This document shows, in pieces, positions 54,866 through 64,000 of a stretch of DNA of 64,000 bases. Origin of the DNA: a virus. Below the pieces are notes generated by a model. That model saw only the letters and a list, made by a program, of their open reading frames with translations. It was not told where the DNA came from and made no database searches. Each line of letters opens with the position of its first letter. The first letter of the stretch is position 1. A program made the position numbers and the translations under genes. Where the stretch lies: positions 131,793-195,792 of the IMG/VR virus record IMGVR_UViG_3300037483_000793; one strand, given 5' to 3'.

Positions 54866-55725
54866 GATGTCGGTGTGGGGGTCGGCATCCCGTTGTGCCC
54901 CATGATCTGTGCTGTGAGGCTGTTCGCTGTTGGGCCACTGTTAGTGGTCGACGATTCGACCACTGCGGGCATCACGACCGGACCTGTGATCGCAGCAAGC
55001 GTTGCAGCTACATCCGCGATCTGTTCTTCAGGTGCCGGAACGACCATCAGCGCCTGATGTGTGAGAAGCGGCCGCGGCGGAATAGCCCACCCGCGACGCC
55101 GCGCCAACTTCCGACGCTGCACCCACTCCTGATCGACGACCTGCTGCTGCTGACCGAGCTGGACTGCGTGCTCGAACCGCGCCCAAACATCTACGTCGGA
55201 GCGCGATTCAGCAGAGGCGACGAGATCGACCTGCCAGCGTGTGATACCAGATTTGCGCGTGTAGGCTTGACGCAGGTGAAGCCGCCGTCCGTTCATCTGC
55301 ACTTCCTGTGTCCCGTTTTCGAGCGTGACCACTTCGGGCTCGACGAAGTAGCGCAGATCCATCACGCGATCGCGCGTCGGGACGCGCAGAGCAGTCAGCG
55401 TCGGGTAGAAGCGAATCACGTGCGGGTTCTGGCTGACGATGCGACTACAGAGATACGGGCGGCCGTCCGCCCAGTAGTGTGCCGCACGGCTAGTAACCTC
55501 CACGCCGTAGAAGTCGGGCGCCGTGTCGTCGGTGGACTTGCGCGGGATGCCGAGGCGTTTCGTCGTCCACGACTCCAACGCACACGAGTACAAGCTCTCC
55601 TCGTAGAAACCTTCCTTCCCGAGTAGCGAGTACGTCTGTTCGACCCACTGGAAGCGTTCCTTGTCAGTGGTGATGGGGCGTTGCTCGCCGTAGTCCAGAT
55701 CGTCTTGATCGATTTCAATGCGCAT
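54862..55725 (-). CDS. hypothetical protein, possible degenerate MvaI/BcnI-like nuclease domain
   Basis: LESW...LGIPRKSTDDTAPDFYGVEV resembles LE..LGI..N...PD..G.E.K, but the Lys is missing. Confidence 0.35.
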   Translation of the reverse strand: MRIEIDQDDLDYGEQRPITTDKERFQWVEQTYSLLGKEGFYEESLYSCALESWTTKRLGIPRKSTDDTAPDFYGVEVTSRAAHYWADGRPYLCSRIVSQNPHVIRFYPTLTALRVPTRDRVMDLRYFVEPEVVTLENGTQEVQMNGRRLHLRQAYTRKSGITRWQVDLVASAESRSDVDVWARFEHAVQLGQQQQVVDQEWVQRRKLARRRGWAIPPRPLLTHQALMVVPAPEEQIADVAATLAAITGPVVMPAVVESSTTNSGPTANSLTAQIMGHNGMPTPTPTS

Positions 55726-55734
55726 GTGCTCTCC

Positions 55735-56286
55735 CTAGGTTGTGGTCTTCATCAGCTCGTCGTATTTGAACTTGTCGCCCAGTGCTTCGCGCATCGTCGT
55801 CATCTCTTCGGACAAGCGCAGCAGCAGTTGGTTATATAGATAGACGTAACGCGGCACGGCGATCTTGCCCTCGACGAACTGCTTGCCGACGTCGGTGATC
55901 CTGTAGCGCCCGACGCGATCGCTGCCGTCGTCGCGTTCGCCGTGCGCACGTTCGATCAGACCCCAGTAGCGCAGCTTCACTGCATCGCCACCTGCGATCG
56001 AACTGTCGTGCTTGACCTTGACCAGGAATGCCGCGATGTGGAGCCACTCCGCGTGCGGGTGCGTCTTGAAGAACTGATAGATCAGAACCAGCGCGAGCGC
56101 CATCGTCGAGTTGAGCTTGCGCTTGTAGACCTTGCAGAACTGTCCGCACGTCGGACACGAGATGCCGTCCTGGATGTGCTTGGTCACGTACGCCTTCGCC
56201 TCTTCGGCTGTCACGCCCGTGAACATCGGCAACGCGCCACCGCTCGGATAGATCAACTCTTCATCGTTTGGGTCGTTCATGATCAT
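55735..56286 (-). CDS. Zn-ribbon plus winged-helix-like protein
   Basis: CPTC; KLRYWGLIER...GRYRITDVGKQF. Confidence 0.6.
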   Translation of the reverse strand: MIMNDPNDEELIYPSGGALPMFTGVTAEEAKAYVTKHIQDGISCPTCGQFCKVYKRKLNSTMALALVLIYQFFKTHPHAEWLHIAAFLVKVKHDSSIAGGDAVKLRYWGLIERAHGERDDGSDRVGRYRITDVGKQFVEGKIAVPRYVYLYNQLLLRLSEEMTTMREALGDKFKYDELMKTTT

Positions 56287-57011
56287 CCCAGGGTGTAACG
56301 CCATCCTTCGACGGCGAGTAAGACGCTGTGCGGCTCTTCTTGCTGTTGACGCGTGAGTCGAATTTCCAGAGTGCCGTGATGGTGCAGCCACCAGAAGCAC
56401 GGCATTGGTTCAACGGCGAGCGCCCAGAACCGACCCTCGTGCAGGATCCGATTGTCCGCGAAATTCGTCACGGTGACTTTCGCCTTGGGCGTGTGCCGCG
56501 GCGGCAGCATGCGTGCCCAGAGCGTCGTCACGAGCCATGCCTGGCCACCCGGTACGCGCACTTCCCAGCGATTCTCTTCGCCGACGTTGCCGTTGACGTC
56601 GATTGCTTCGGCTTGTGACAACGAGCTGAGGCGGCGCACGTCGAGCTGTCCTGGATTCGGCGCGAGCGCGCGCAGGAACGCGAACGGCACCGAGAACGGC
56701 GATACGCGGGAACCTTCGCTGCGCCGAATGCGATCCGTAAGACCTTCAAGTGGAGGTTTCTCGCCGTAGAGTGCTTGCACGGCGAAGTCGCGCAGCGCCT
56801 CCATCGACTTCCACGGCCCGACGGCCGACTGCAGCACCGCCTCGGCAGCTTCGAGGAACTTGTCGTCGGCGTAGACCTTCTCGACGAGCAGCTCCGTATC
56901 GAGCTTGTTGAAGTCGCGAATGAAGATCAACATCTCCGCGACGAAATCGCGACGCTCGTCGAACGTCTTGTTGAGCGCGTTCGCTACCCGCACGAGGCTT
57001 CTTCCTCGCAC
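56283..57011 (-). CDS. hypothetical protein
   Basis: Coupled ORF; start uncertain. Confidence 0.55.
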   Translation of the reverse strand: MRGRSLVRVANALNKTFDERRDFVAEMLIFIRDFNKLDTELLVEKVYADDKFLEAAEAVLQSAVGPWKSMEALRDFAVQALYGEKPPLEGLTDRIRRSEGSRVSPFSVPFAFLRALAPNPGQLDVRRLSSLSQAEAIDVNGNVGEENRWEVRVPGGQAWLVTTLWARMLPPRHTPKAKVTVTNFADNRILHEGRFWALAVEPMPCFWWLHHHGTLEIRLTRQQQEEPHSVLLAVEGWRYTLG

Positions 57012-57367
57012 GCTTCGGCGATCGCAAGATACGCACCGTCAACGAGCAGTCGCATGGCCGCCTCGTGCAGCATCGGCTTGCAGTTGTCGCACGTCAGTGC
57101 GTGACGCCAGTCGACCTTCTTGTCTTCGATCATCGCGTCGAGCAGGTTGTGCGCCTGCTGCGTGCGCAGGAACGCATCGATCTTGTCGGGCGCATCTTTG
57201 CTGTCACGCGCGTTGAAGTGCACGCCAAAGCACAGCTCGACACAGAACGTCCGATTGCAAATCGGACAGGTGATCGCTGGGTTCGCTTCGCAGCACAACT
57301 CGCACAGCGGCTCGATGATGACGCCGTTGCCGTCGGGCAGCTCGGCGATGACACGATAGTTAGGCAT
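56984..57367 (-). CDS. Zn-finger (B-box-like) hypothetical protein
   Basis: CELC...CPIC...C...C...H; CDNC. Confidence 0.55.
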   Translation of the reverse strand: MPNYRVIAELPDGNGVIIEPLCELCCEANPAITCPICNRTFCVELCFGVHFNARDSKDAPDKIDAFLRTQQAHNLLDAMIEDKKVDWRHALTCDNCKPMLHEAAMRLLVDGAYLAIAEACEEEASCG

Positions 57368-58118
57368 GCTTACGTTTCCTGGCAACACTTGCTTCTACGA
57401 TCATCTTCAAGAGGGTCAACTCGAACGGTGTCTGCTGGTCAGCTTTTACGTGCGCGCTGAGTTTGTCTATGCGACGTACGTCTGCGGCTAACCACGCCAG
57501 CATACGTTGAGGTCCGTACGCAGCAACCAAGGCTTGCGGTGTCCACTTCTTGATTGTTCGATGGATGCGCCGTTGCAGTGCCGTACCCGGTATGTTGAGC
57601 AACCGTTCCCACTGCGCGACAGTTAAATGTCGTCCCGCAAAATCGATGTAACGGTTGTCTCTCCGGTTGTTCGCCTGTTCCTCGTGGGTCTGCCACGCGC
57701 AGTTCGACGGCTTGTACCCTTTGTTGTTCTCGATCCGTCCCAGCGTCGTGCCTGCCGGACGGTCACCCATGTCCTTGAGAAAGTTTTCAAAGTTCAACCA
57801 CCGATGGCACACAGTGATCCCGCGTCCGCCGTAATCGGGATAGCTAGGGTTGTTCGGATTCAAGCAACGCTGAATCATGGCCTTGTAGGCGCTGTAGATG
57901 CGCGTCCCTGATTTACCGTGCGTTGAGTACGTACAGCGATGACAGCCACGTCGTGCGCGAAGATTACACGACGCTACTACTTCTACTTGACCGCAATCGC
58001 AACGGCACTCCCACAACCGATTGCCTCGTGGGTGCCGTCCGACATCACGTATCGCTGTCAGTTTTCCGAAATATTGTCCGCTGTAGTCGATTGCGTTAGC
58101 AGCTGGTGGGGAACTCAC
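57360..58118 (-). CDS. HNH homing endonuclease-like protein
   Basis: WECRCDCG; YKAMIQRC...YGGRGITVC..W..F..F..DMG; RIENNKGYKPSNC.W...Q.NN; GTGA-coupled start; lower GC. Confidence 0.85.
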   Translation of the reverse strand: MSSPPAANAIDYSGQYFGKLTAIRDVGRHPRGNRLWECRCDCGQVEVVASCNLRARRGCHRCTYSTHGKSGTRIYSAYKAMIQRCLNPNNPSYPDYGGRGITVCHRWLNFENFLKDMGDRPAGTTLGRIENNKGYKPSNCAWQTHEEQANNRRDNRYIDFAGRHLTVAQWERLLNIPGTALQRRIHRTIKKWTPQALVAAYGPQRMLAWLAADVRRIDKLSAHVKADQQTPFELTLLKMIVEASVARKRKHA

Positions 58119-58633
58119 GATGCAGCTACTCCTGATAGCAAACGACGAAGCTCGTTGGGGTCGATGCGATGAATCTCGCACCGGACTTTGTTCGCGTAGT
58201 TGATCGTATTCGCTGTCCCGCCCTGTGAGCCGTCGAATGCGGCGACGAGATCGCTGCTGTGATCGACCACCCACTCGTTGCGCGCCTGCATCTTCCACCG
58301 CTCGTAGCCACCCTCGCAGACGACGACGACCTCGTACGCGAGCCGGAGCAGCTTGCGGTAATGCTGCTGCGCCGTGGGCGGCCAACGCCGCTCCTGGCCC
58401 TCGAACGGGACGGCTGCGATGAACGGCACGCCCATGTCGATGCAGACCTCGGCGAAGTCCTGGTCGTACCCGATCGCCATGCCGCTGATGGCGTGAATCG
58501 GCCGCAGCGCCTGCAGCTTGTCACGTGTACGAGACTTGAGCCATGCGCGCAGCGGGTTCAGCGGGTTGTGCCCTGCGTAGTCGCCGATCCACAGCTTGTC
58601 GGGACGATGGCCCGCGCAGCCGACGACGCTCAC
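58115..58633 (-). CDS. SLOG family (YspA/DUF1273-like) protein
   Basis: GHRPD, ISGMAIGYD, AAVPFEGQE..W, MQARNEWVVDHS...FDG..GGT.NT. Confidence 0.85.
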   Translation of the reverse strand: MSVVGCAGHRPDKLWIGDYAGHNPLNPLRAWLKSRTRDKLQALRPIHAISGMAIGYDQDFAEVCIDMGVPFIAAVPFEGQERRWPPTAQQHYRKLLRLAYEVVVVCEGGYERWKMQARNEWVVDHSSDLVAAFDGSQGGTANTINYANKVRCEIHRIDPNELRRLLSGVAAS

Positions 58634-59451
58634 GGTGCACCCCATGTGACCTGCCACTGCTCGTTAACACGTTGCGCGACGGCATCCTGCATGTTGAGCA
58701 CAGAACGTTCAGGACCCGGACACGCAATCGCCCATACGTGGACACGTCCCGGCGCAATTTCCTTGATCACGTCGAGGACGAAGATGCCGTTATGCTTCCC
58801 GTTCTCATTGTCCTGCTCCGGTAGAGCTGTGAGACCGCGATGGGCTACACGCCATAGCCAATCGCGCTTCAAGGTCACCCCGATTCCCTTGCAGCTGTTC
58901 ACCTCCAGTTCGAGACGGGAACCGATCCTCAAGTGAACGTGCGCGTAGAATCGGTACAGCGTTCGTGTCGCCGTACGGCGTAGTTGACGATCCAATCGAT
59001 CAAGGAACGGAAGTTGTAGTGGGTCTTGGCGATCCTCGCGATCACGGAAAGCACGTCGATTGTCACCGTAACGTTGCGCTGTAGTTCGTGGCTGCACTAG
59101 CACACCGGGAAGTTCGTCGCGAGATATCCAGTGGTTAGTGGTGTGGTTGCGCCAGGCCATCAGTAACTGCGCACACTTGATCTTGCACTTGATCCCTTTG
59201 TCTCCCTTGAGTGTCGCCAGCAGCTCGCCTGCTGCCGCGAGAACTGCGGAGTCATCATGATGGTGAAAATGCAAGCGTCCATCGCGGGTCAAGGTGACGG
59301 CGTGATCCTCACCCTGACAACGAAAACGCACCTTGACGTTTCGATCCGGCCATCGCCCCGCCGCGATCATTGTACGGAACGCATCATCGGAAGGTTCGGT
59401 AACACGCGCGACTTCGTTCTGCGGCACGTAATCGTTGGGGGCAGCGCTCAT
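58630..59451 (-). CDS. hypothetical protein
   Basis: 273-aa coupled ORF. Confidence 0.6.
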   Translation of the reverse strand: MSAAPNDYVPQNEVARVTEPSDDAFRTMIAAGRWPDRNVKVRFRCQGEDHAVTLTRDGRLHFHHHDDSAVLAAAGELLATLKGDKGIKCKIKCAQLLMAWRNHTTNHWISRDELPGVLVQPRTTAQRYGDNRRAFRDREDRQDPLQLPFLDRLDRQLRRTATRTLYRFYAHVHLRIGSRLELEVNSCKGIGVTLKRDWLWRVAHRGLTALPEQDNENGKHNGIFVLDVIKEIAPGRVHVWAIACPGPERSVLNMQDAVAQRVNEQWQVTWGAP

Positions 59452-59813
59452 GCAGGCTCCCTGGCCTTGTGCATCAAATCCACCATGTCGTCGCGTCCGA
59501 TAATCCGCAGGAACAGCTCGGCCGCGAACCGTGCCTGACGCGCGTCACATGCTGCTTCGAGCGCGTAGCGTTCGTTCTCGTTGATGACGTCCTTGAACTT
59601 GATCGACAGCCACTCGCACGGGTTGTTGATCTGGATCTGTGCTTCGCGTGCGCCCAGATGCACCGCGAGCGTGAACTTGCCCCACTCGTGATGTACGAAG
59701 CGCCGCGGGTCGCGCACGACGTCATGCGACCACCAGTCAACCTGGTTGCCGTTGTCGCAGCGCCAACTGAACCACCGCTCGCCTGCGTTCATGTCGCTGC
59801 TTTCTTGCGCCAA
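59448..59813 (-). CDS. hypothetical protein
   Basis: Coupled ORF. Confidence 0.5.
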   Translation of the reverse strand: MAQESSDMNAGERWFSWRCDNGNQVDWWSHDVVRDPRRFVHHEWGKFTLAVHLGAREAQIQINNPCEWLSIKFKDVINENERYALEAACDARQARFAAELFLRIIGRDDMVDLMHKAREPA

Positions 59814-60163
59814 GCGTTGAGCACGGCTTCGATGGCTGCAAGCACGTTGTCGGCGCTAGCACCGCCCTTCACACCGATGTCGACTAACTCGTAGAGCTTG
59901 TCAACCGTACGCTCGTCGAACGCGTTGTCGATCGGCGCCTGACCGGTCTGCGACGGCGATCCCATGACGGCCGAGTGCTTGTTGCACGCGTAGCTGCAGT
60001 ACACACGAACGTTGCCGTGGCCTTTTGTCTCGTACAGCACCCAGCCCTCGGGCAGCTTCCATGTGAAGCTCGTCTTGCTCCACGCTTCACCGATGTACGC
60101 CGACGCGTTCGCGGACTTCTTGCAGCCCTCGCAGACGACGTATCCTCGTACGTACGCGGGCAT
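59789..60163 (-). CDS. hypothetical Zn-finger protein
   Basis: CEGC...CSYAC. Confidence 0.55.
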   Translation of the reverse strand: MPAYVRGYVVCEGCKKSANASAYIGEAWSKTSFTWKLPEGWVLYETKGHGNVRVYCSYACNKHSAVMGSPSQTGQAPIDNAFDERTVDKLYELVDIGVKGGASADNVLAAIEAVLNAWRKKAAT

Positions 60164-60485
60164 CAGCGCTTCCTCTTGCGTTTCACGCGCCGAACGCGGT
60201 CGAGCTTGAGGCTCGATGCGCGACGCCGAACAACCGTCGCAGAGCTGTAACGCGGCGCCGCGAACGCGAGCGCCTTCGAGACCACGCAGTCGAGGAAGAT
60301 TTTGCAGTTGCAGTTCGCGACCCAGACGATGGCACCATCGCCGTCCGGATCGAGCCCGATGAACGCGAACCCGGCATCACCGTTGTCGCGCACCCACCGA
60401 CCGTCGTCACGCAGACGCAGGATTGGCGCATGCAGCACGGGCGGGCGGCACTTCGTGTGCGTCTTGCGCGGTACGCAGCGTGCCT

Positions 60486-61286
60486 TCACGGTGGTGGCAA
60501 CTTCTTGTTCGCGACTGCGTATGCTCTTCGCACGCACAGGCGATCTTCAGGCAGCGGCGTCGTTGCGATCTCGCAGACTTCCTTGAGCGTCTTCTGCAGC
60601 TCGGCGATCATCAGCACGAGCAGCTTGTTGCGCTCAGACGTAGCGCTCTGGATTTCGCCGGAGAAATCCATCGCCTCGCGCATCGTACGAACTGCACCGA
60701 CGATGCCGTCGACCGTGTTAGGTACCGGCCCTGCTTGAAACGGGCCCGCTAGATGCGGATGGATGCCCGCAAGCACACCGTCGAGGAACTGCTGTGTCCA
60801 CAACGCGTCCTCGAAGTGAATCTCGTGCTCGGCGATCGTCGCTTTCAACGTCCCGATCTCGGCGAGCAGCGCACCGCGCTGGTTGAGTGCTTCAGCGACT
60901 TCGGACTCCAGTGGCACGGTCTGCGAGAGCTTGGCGACCATCGCGAGCAGCTCGTCGCGGCGATCACGACACGTCACGTGGAAGTCGACGCCAACAGTAC
61001 CGACCGTGTACGGCTGCCAGATGTGGTGGCAGCTCGCGCACTGGTGCTTGCGGTGCGGGATCTTGTGCGCCCAGTCATCTTGGTCGACGTGCAGCGTCTT
61101 GCACATCGGGCAGTGCGTCTCGGTCGGCACGCGTGCGTTCTTGAGGTCACCGACGACCTGCGGCACCAGTGTCATGAGCGCCGTGATGTACGCAGTGATC
61201 TCCTCGTGCGTGCCGATGATCGTGCGTGGGCCTAGCGCGATCAGGTCCCCGAGCTTGTTCAGGCGTTCGTCTGCTTCTTCATTCAT
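60486..61286 (-). CDS. hypothetical protein with Zn ribbon
   Basis: CPMC...H...H.KHQCASC; ATGA-coupled start. Confidence 0.6.
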   Translation of the reverse strand: MNEEADERLNKLGDLIALGPRTIIGTHEEITAYITALMTLVPQVVGDLKNARVPTETHCPMCKTLHVDQDDWAHKIPHRKHQCASCHHIWQPYTVGTVGVDFHVTCRDRRDELLAMVAKLSQTVPLESEVAEALNQRGALLAEIGTLKATIAEHEIHFEDALWTQQFLDGVLAGIHPHLAGPFQAGPVPNTVDGIVGAVRTMREAMDFSGEIQSATSERNKLLVLMIAELQKTLKEVCEIATTPLPEDRLCVRRAYAVANKKLPPP

Positions 61287-61966
61287 CGTAGGCTCCGAAT
61301 CCGTGCGAGTGCCTCGTCGATCCACGGCAACCCGTTGTACCAACCGTCGAGCACCGTACCGGTGCTGTCTGTCAGGACGACTGCTGAGACGCGTCCGACG
61401 TTGTAGATTTCGCGCATCGTCATCGCCTTGAGGCGCTTGGTGAAGTCCGCTTCGTTCGCGGTCCACACTGGAAGGTTGTAGCTCTGGAGCTTGTTGACGA
61501 ACTGCTCGATCACGTGAGCTTCTGCGGCCATGACGGCTTCGTCCAGCGGCGGGAACACGACGACGAAGATCTTGCGAACGTCTTCGCCTCCAGTGCCCGG
61601 TACGCGATCATCCTCGACCTCGATGAAATCCTCTTCGGCGGTCGCGATCAGGTCGCCGCATTCCGTGAGTAGTTCCTGCTGGTCTCCGACGCTCTCCTCG
61701 ATGATCGCTGTCGCACGTTCGAGAAGCTCGACCAGCCGTGAGACGTGGTCCGAGACCTGCCCACGAAACTCCTGCATGACTTCGGTCTCGGTCGGTGACT
61801 CGTACGACACCACTGTGAACGCGTTCTTGACGATCGCGCCTGCGAACCGCGCTTCCCGCGGACCATACAGGTTCTGCTTGATCAGCTCCTGAGCGGCCAG
61901 CGTGTACGATTGCAGGATCGTCTGCGCCTCAGCGAGGATCTTCGGATCGAGGTCAAGCGCGCTCAT
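61283..61966 (-). CDS. hypothetical protein
   Basis: 227-aa coupled ORF. Confidence 0.6.
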   Translation of the reverse strand: MSALDLDPKILAEAQTILQSYTLAAQELIKQNLYGPREARFAGAIVKNAFTVVSYESPTETEVMQEFRGQVSDHVSRLVELLERATAIIEESVGDQQELLTECGDLIATAEEDFIEVEDDRVPGTGGEDVRKIFVVVFPPLDEAVMAAEAHVIEQFVNKLQSYNLPVWTANEADFTKRLKAMTMREIYNVGRVSAVVLTDSTGTVLDGWYNGLPWIDEALARIRSLR

Positions 61967-62343
61967 GCGACGAGCGCTCGTACCTTCTCAGGAACCTCGA
62001 CAGGCGGCTCTTCGCCGAGCCAGGTCAGGTCGAAGCAGTGCACGGCATGCTCGCGCGCGATACCCGCTTCGTCGCCCATGCCGTTGGACACGCGACCACC
62101 GACCATCCAGAACTCGTGACAGCGCGGGATGATCGCTGCGTTCATCTTCATGCCGTGCGCGCGATGCTCGGGACGGAAATCATCGAGGACGTCGACCGTG
62201 ATCAGCCAGTCCGCAACGACGGCGACGTTCGGAAAGTTGTTGTAGATCCACCGGACCCAGCGCTTCGCACGCGCCTTGTTGGCCTCGACGCCCTCGGGTG
62301 TAGCCGCACCCAGCGGGTGCGCGAGATAGATAACTTTCATCAT
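61963..62343 (-). CDS. nucleoside-deoxyribosyltransferase-like (DUF4406-type) protein
   Basis: VIYLAHPL...N..RA...C.E.W.VGGRVSNGM..E. Confidence 0.7.
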   Translation of the reverse strand: MMKVIYLAHPLGAATPEGVEANKARAKRWVRWIYNNFPNVAVVADWLITVDVLDDFRPEHRAHGMKMNAAIIPRCHEFWMVGGRVSNGMGDEAGIAREHAVHCFDLTWLGEEPPVEVPEKVRALVA

Positions 62344-63458
62344 GCGACGTTTCCTTTGGTATTGCGTTTGCCGCGCTTGGGTTTGTCGTTCGTAAGATTT
62401 GCAGCTGGTTCAGGGCTTGTTTCCGGTGACGCGTTCGTGAGTCGATTTGCTTCATCCATCTCGGTATTGCCTTGCAGGATCAATGCGTCGACCGCGCGTC
62501 CCAGCAGCGACAGATCCTTCACCGGGAACTTGAAGCGCCACGGGTACGACGCGTCCGCGACGTTGTTCTCGGCCGAGTCGAGCTTGTGCATCAGCTCGTT
62601 CTCGGACCACGCAGGAAGGCACACCGGGTTGTAGACATGCCACAGCAGCTCGAACGCGCTGTCACCGTAGAGGCAGTAGCCGCGGATCAACAGGCATGCA
62701 GCCTTGAGGCACGCGAGCGACCCGTTCTGGCCTTGAATCGCAGGCTCAGCGTCTTTGATCAGGGCTTCGCGTGCGAGTGCGATACGCCGCGTGAGTGGGT
62801 AGCCGTCAGCAACGAGTGACTCCTCGCTCGGGCGACCGGCATTCGGATCAATTGCCGTCGCGCGCGCTTTGCTCGACATCGCGAGCTTGACGAGCCACGT
62901 CGGCATCGGTGCGACCGGCACGCTCTCGTCGAGCCATGTGTAGCGCGCACCGGTCGGGTGGATGCTCGGCGGCGCGACGATCAAGCCGCCCTCGGCGCGA
63001 ATGTCGATGCCCGGCGCCATCTTGGTGCGGTTGCGGATCCGATCCATGTCGTAGTCGTCAGGCAAAACAAACAGCCGGTGCTCGCCGCCTTCGGCGCGCC
63101 CCGTGCTCTGGCTTAGCGTCTCGGGCAGTGCGCCGTTGGTGTCTTCGAGAATGCGCAAGCTCTCGCGGCCGACCTCGCCATCGATGTCGATGGCGACCAG
63201 CCGCGCAGCGCCACCCGTCACGAGGCCGACGTTTGACAGTGGCCACGCACGCCACCACTTCACGACCAACTGAACGTCCACCGACGCGTTCTCGCGCCAG
63301 TTCTTGATCGTTGGATGCTTGCCCGGCGTGTGGCAGTCGTGCCGCTTCCAGCACGCACAGATCGGGTTCTCGCCTGTCTCGCGGACGTGATGCAACGGAA
63401 TCACTCGCCAGTTTCGGCGGGCGTAGTCCACTGCAGCGGCTGCGAGCAGGCCGAACAT
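62340..63458 (-). CDS. bifunctional DNA primase/polymerase (Prim-Pol) domain protein
   Basis: WRVIPL...C.C...CHTPGKHP...W...WPLSNVGLVTG...AIDIDG...GIDIRAEGGLIVAPPSIH..G..Y.W. Confidence 0.9.
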   Translation of the reverse strand: MFGLLAAAAVDYARRNWRVIPLHHVRETGENPICACWKRHDCHTPGKHPTIKNWRENASVDVQLVVKWWRAWPLSNVGLVTGGAARLVAIDIDGEVGRESLRILEDTNGALPETLSQSTGRAEGGEHRLFVLPDDYDMDRIRNRTKMAPGIDIRAEGGLIVAPPSIHPTGARYTWLDESVPVAPMPTWLVKLAMSSKARATAIDPNAGRPSEESLVADGYPLTRRIALAREALIKDAEPAIQGQNGSLACLKAACLLIRGYCLYGDSAFELLWHVYNPVCLPAWSENELMHKLDSAENNVADASYPWRFKFPVKDLSLLGRAVDALILQGNTEMDEANRLTNASPETSPEPAANLTNDKPKRGKRNTKGNVA

Positions 63459-63464
63459 GGTGCG

Positions 63465-63998
63465 CTACTTCTTCTCCGTGATGGTCTGGTCGCCGCGCCG
63501 CACGTCCCAGTCGTCCGGATCCATGTCGACGTGCAGCGCGACATCGGAATACTCGCGCTGGAACTTCTTGATCATCGCGTGGATGACCTTGCGCAGGCTC
63601 GGGTGCACGGTCTTGCCCGTGCGCAGCTCCAGCACGTAGAGCAGCGCGGGCAGCGCGTACGTCACCGAGCACGGCACGCGGAAGCCGAGCGCGTTGTAGT
63701 ACTGGCGCAGAACTTCACGATTCGGCTCGCCCAGACCGAGCTTGGTGATCTCGAAGCGTTGCTCGTCGATCAGTGTCTCGGCGTCGTTGCGCAGATCGCC
63801 GAGCTGTTCGAGGTACCACGGCTCGAAGCCCCAGCTCGTATCGAGCAGCGGCATACGGCAAACGCCGTTGCGATGGCGCTGGATGTCACGGAACGACCCG
63901 AAGTCGAGCAGGAAGTCGAACGTGAACGAGCACAGGTCACTCATGAAGTGCGGCAGCACACAGCCCTTGGGACGCGTCTTCAGGATCTCGCTGTAGCG
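63465..63998 (-). CDS. thyX: FAD-dependent thymidylate synthase, C-terminal part (5' end beyond window)
   Basis: LLDFGSFRDIQRHR; YVLELRTG..VHP..R; frame open to the window edge. Confidence 0.8.
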   Translation of the reverse strand, partial: RYSEILKTRPKGCVLPHFMSDLCSFTFDFLLDFGSFRDIQRHRNGVCRMPLLDTSWGFEPWYLEQLGDLRNDAETLIDEQRFEITKLGLGEPNREVLRQYYNALGFRVPCSVTYALPALLYVLELRTGKTVHPSLRKVIHAMIKKFQREYSDVALHVDMDPDDWDVRRGDQTITEKK

Positions 63999-64000
63999 TG

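Overview
The window is a ~65% GC (by eye) segment of a large bacteriophage-like genome; no host housekeeping genes are visible. It has five parts. (1) A virion/lysis module (2.4-22 kb and 39.7-48.5 kb): a candidate jelly-roll capsid protein, many C-terminally membrane-anchored proteins, Arg-rich core proteins, a transglutaminase-like enzyme, two paralogous fibres and lysis enzymes. No recognisable HK97 capsid, portal, terminase or tail genes are present in this window. (2) An early/accessory region (22-37 kb) with a TROVE-like/vWA protein and dispersed E1-like, E2-like, JAB and ubiquitin-like genes, nucleotide-metabolism genes, and an ncRNA cluster (tRNA-fMet, atypical tRNA-like RNAs, stem-clamped Y-RNA-like elements). 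(3) A candidate AT-rich origin at about 38.5-38.8 kb. (4) The strongest signal, at 52.5-54.6 kb: a stand-alone Cas7/RAMP-like gene followed by nine RNA units, each a perfectly phased run of GGY-NN pentamers ending in a conserved, covarying hairpin. This looks like a programmable RNA-guided system with a non-contiguous code, matching what I recall being reported as VIPR; I cannot check that literature here. (5) Replication and metabolism genes (primase-polymerase, ThyX) at the right end. A 16-bp palindrome GATCGC-N4-GCGATC marks at least 16 mostly intergenic sites, often next to leaderless extended -10 promoters. Family assignments come from motif recognition by eye, not database searches.
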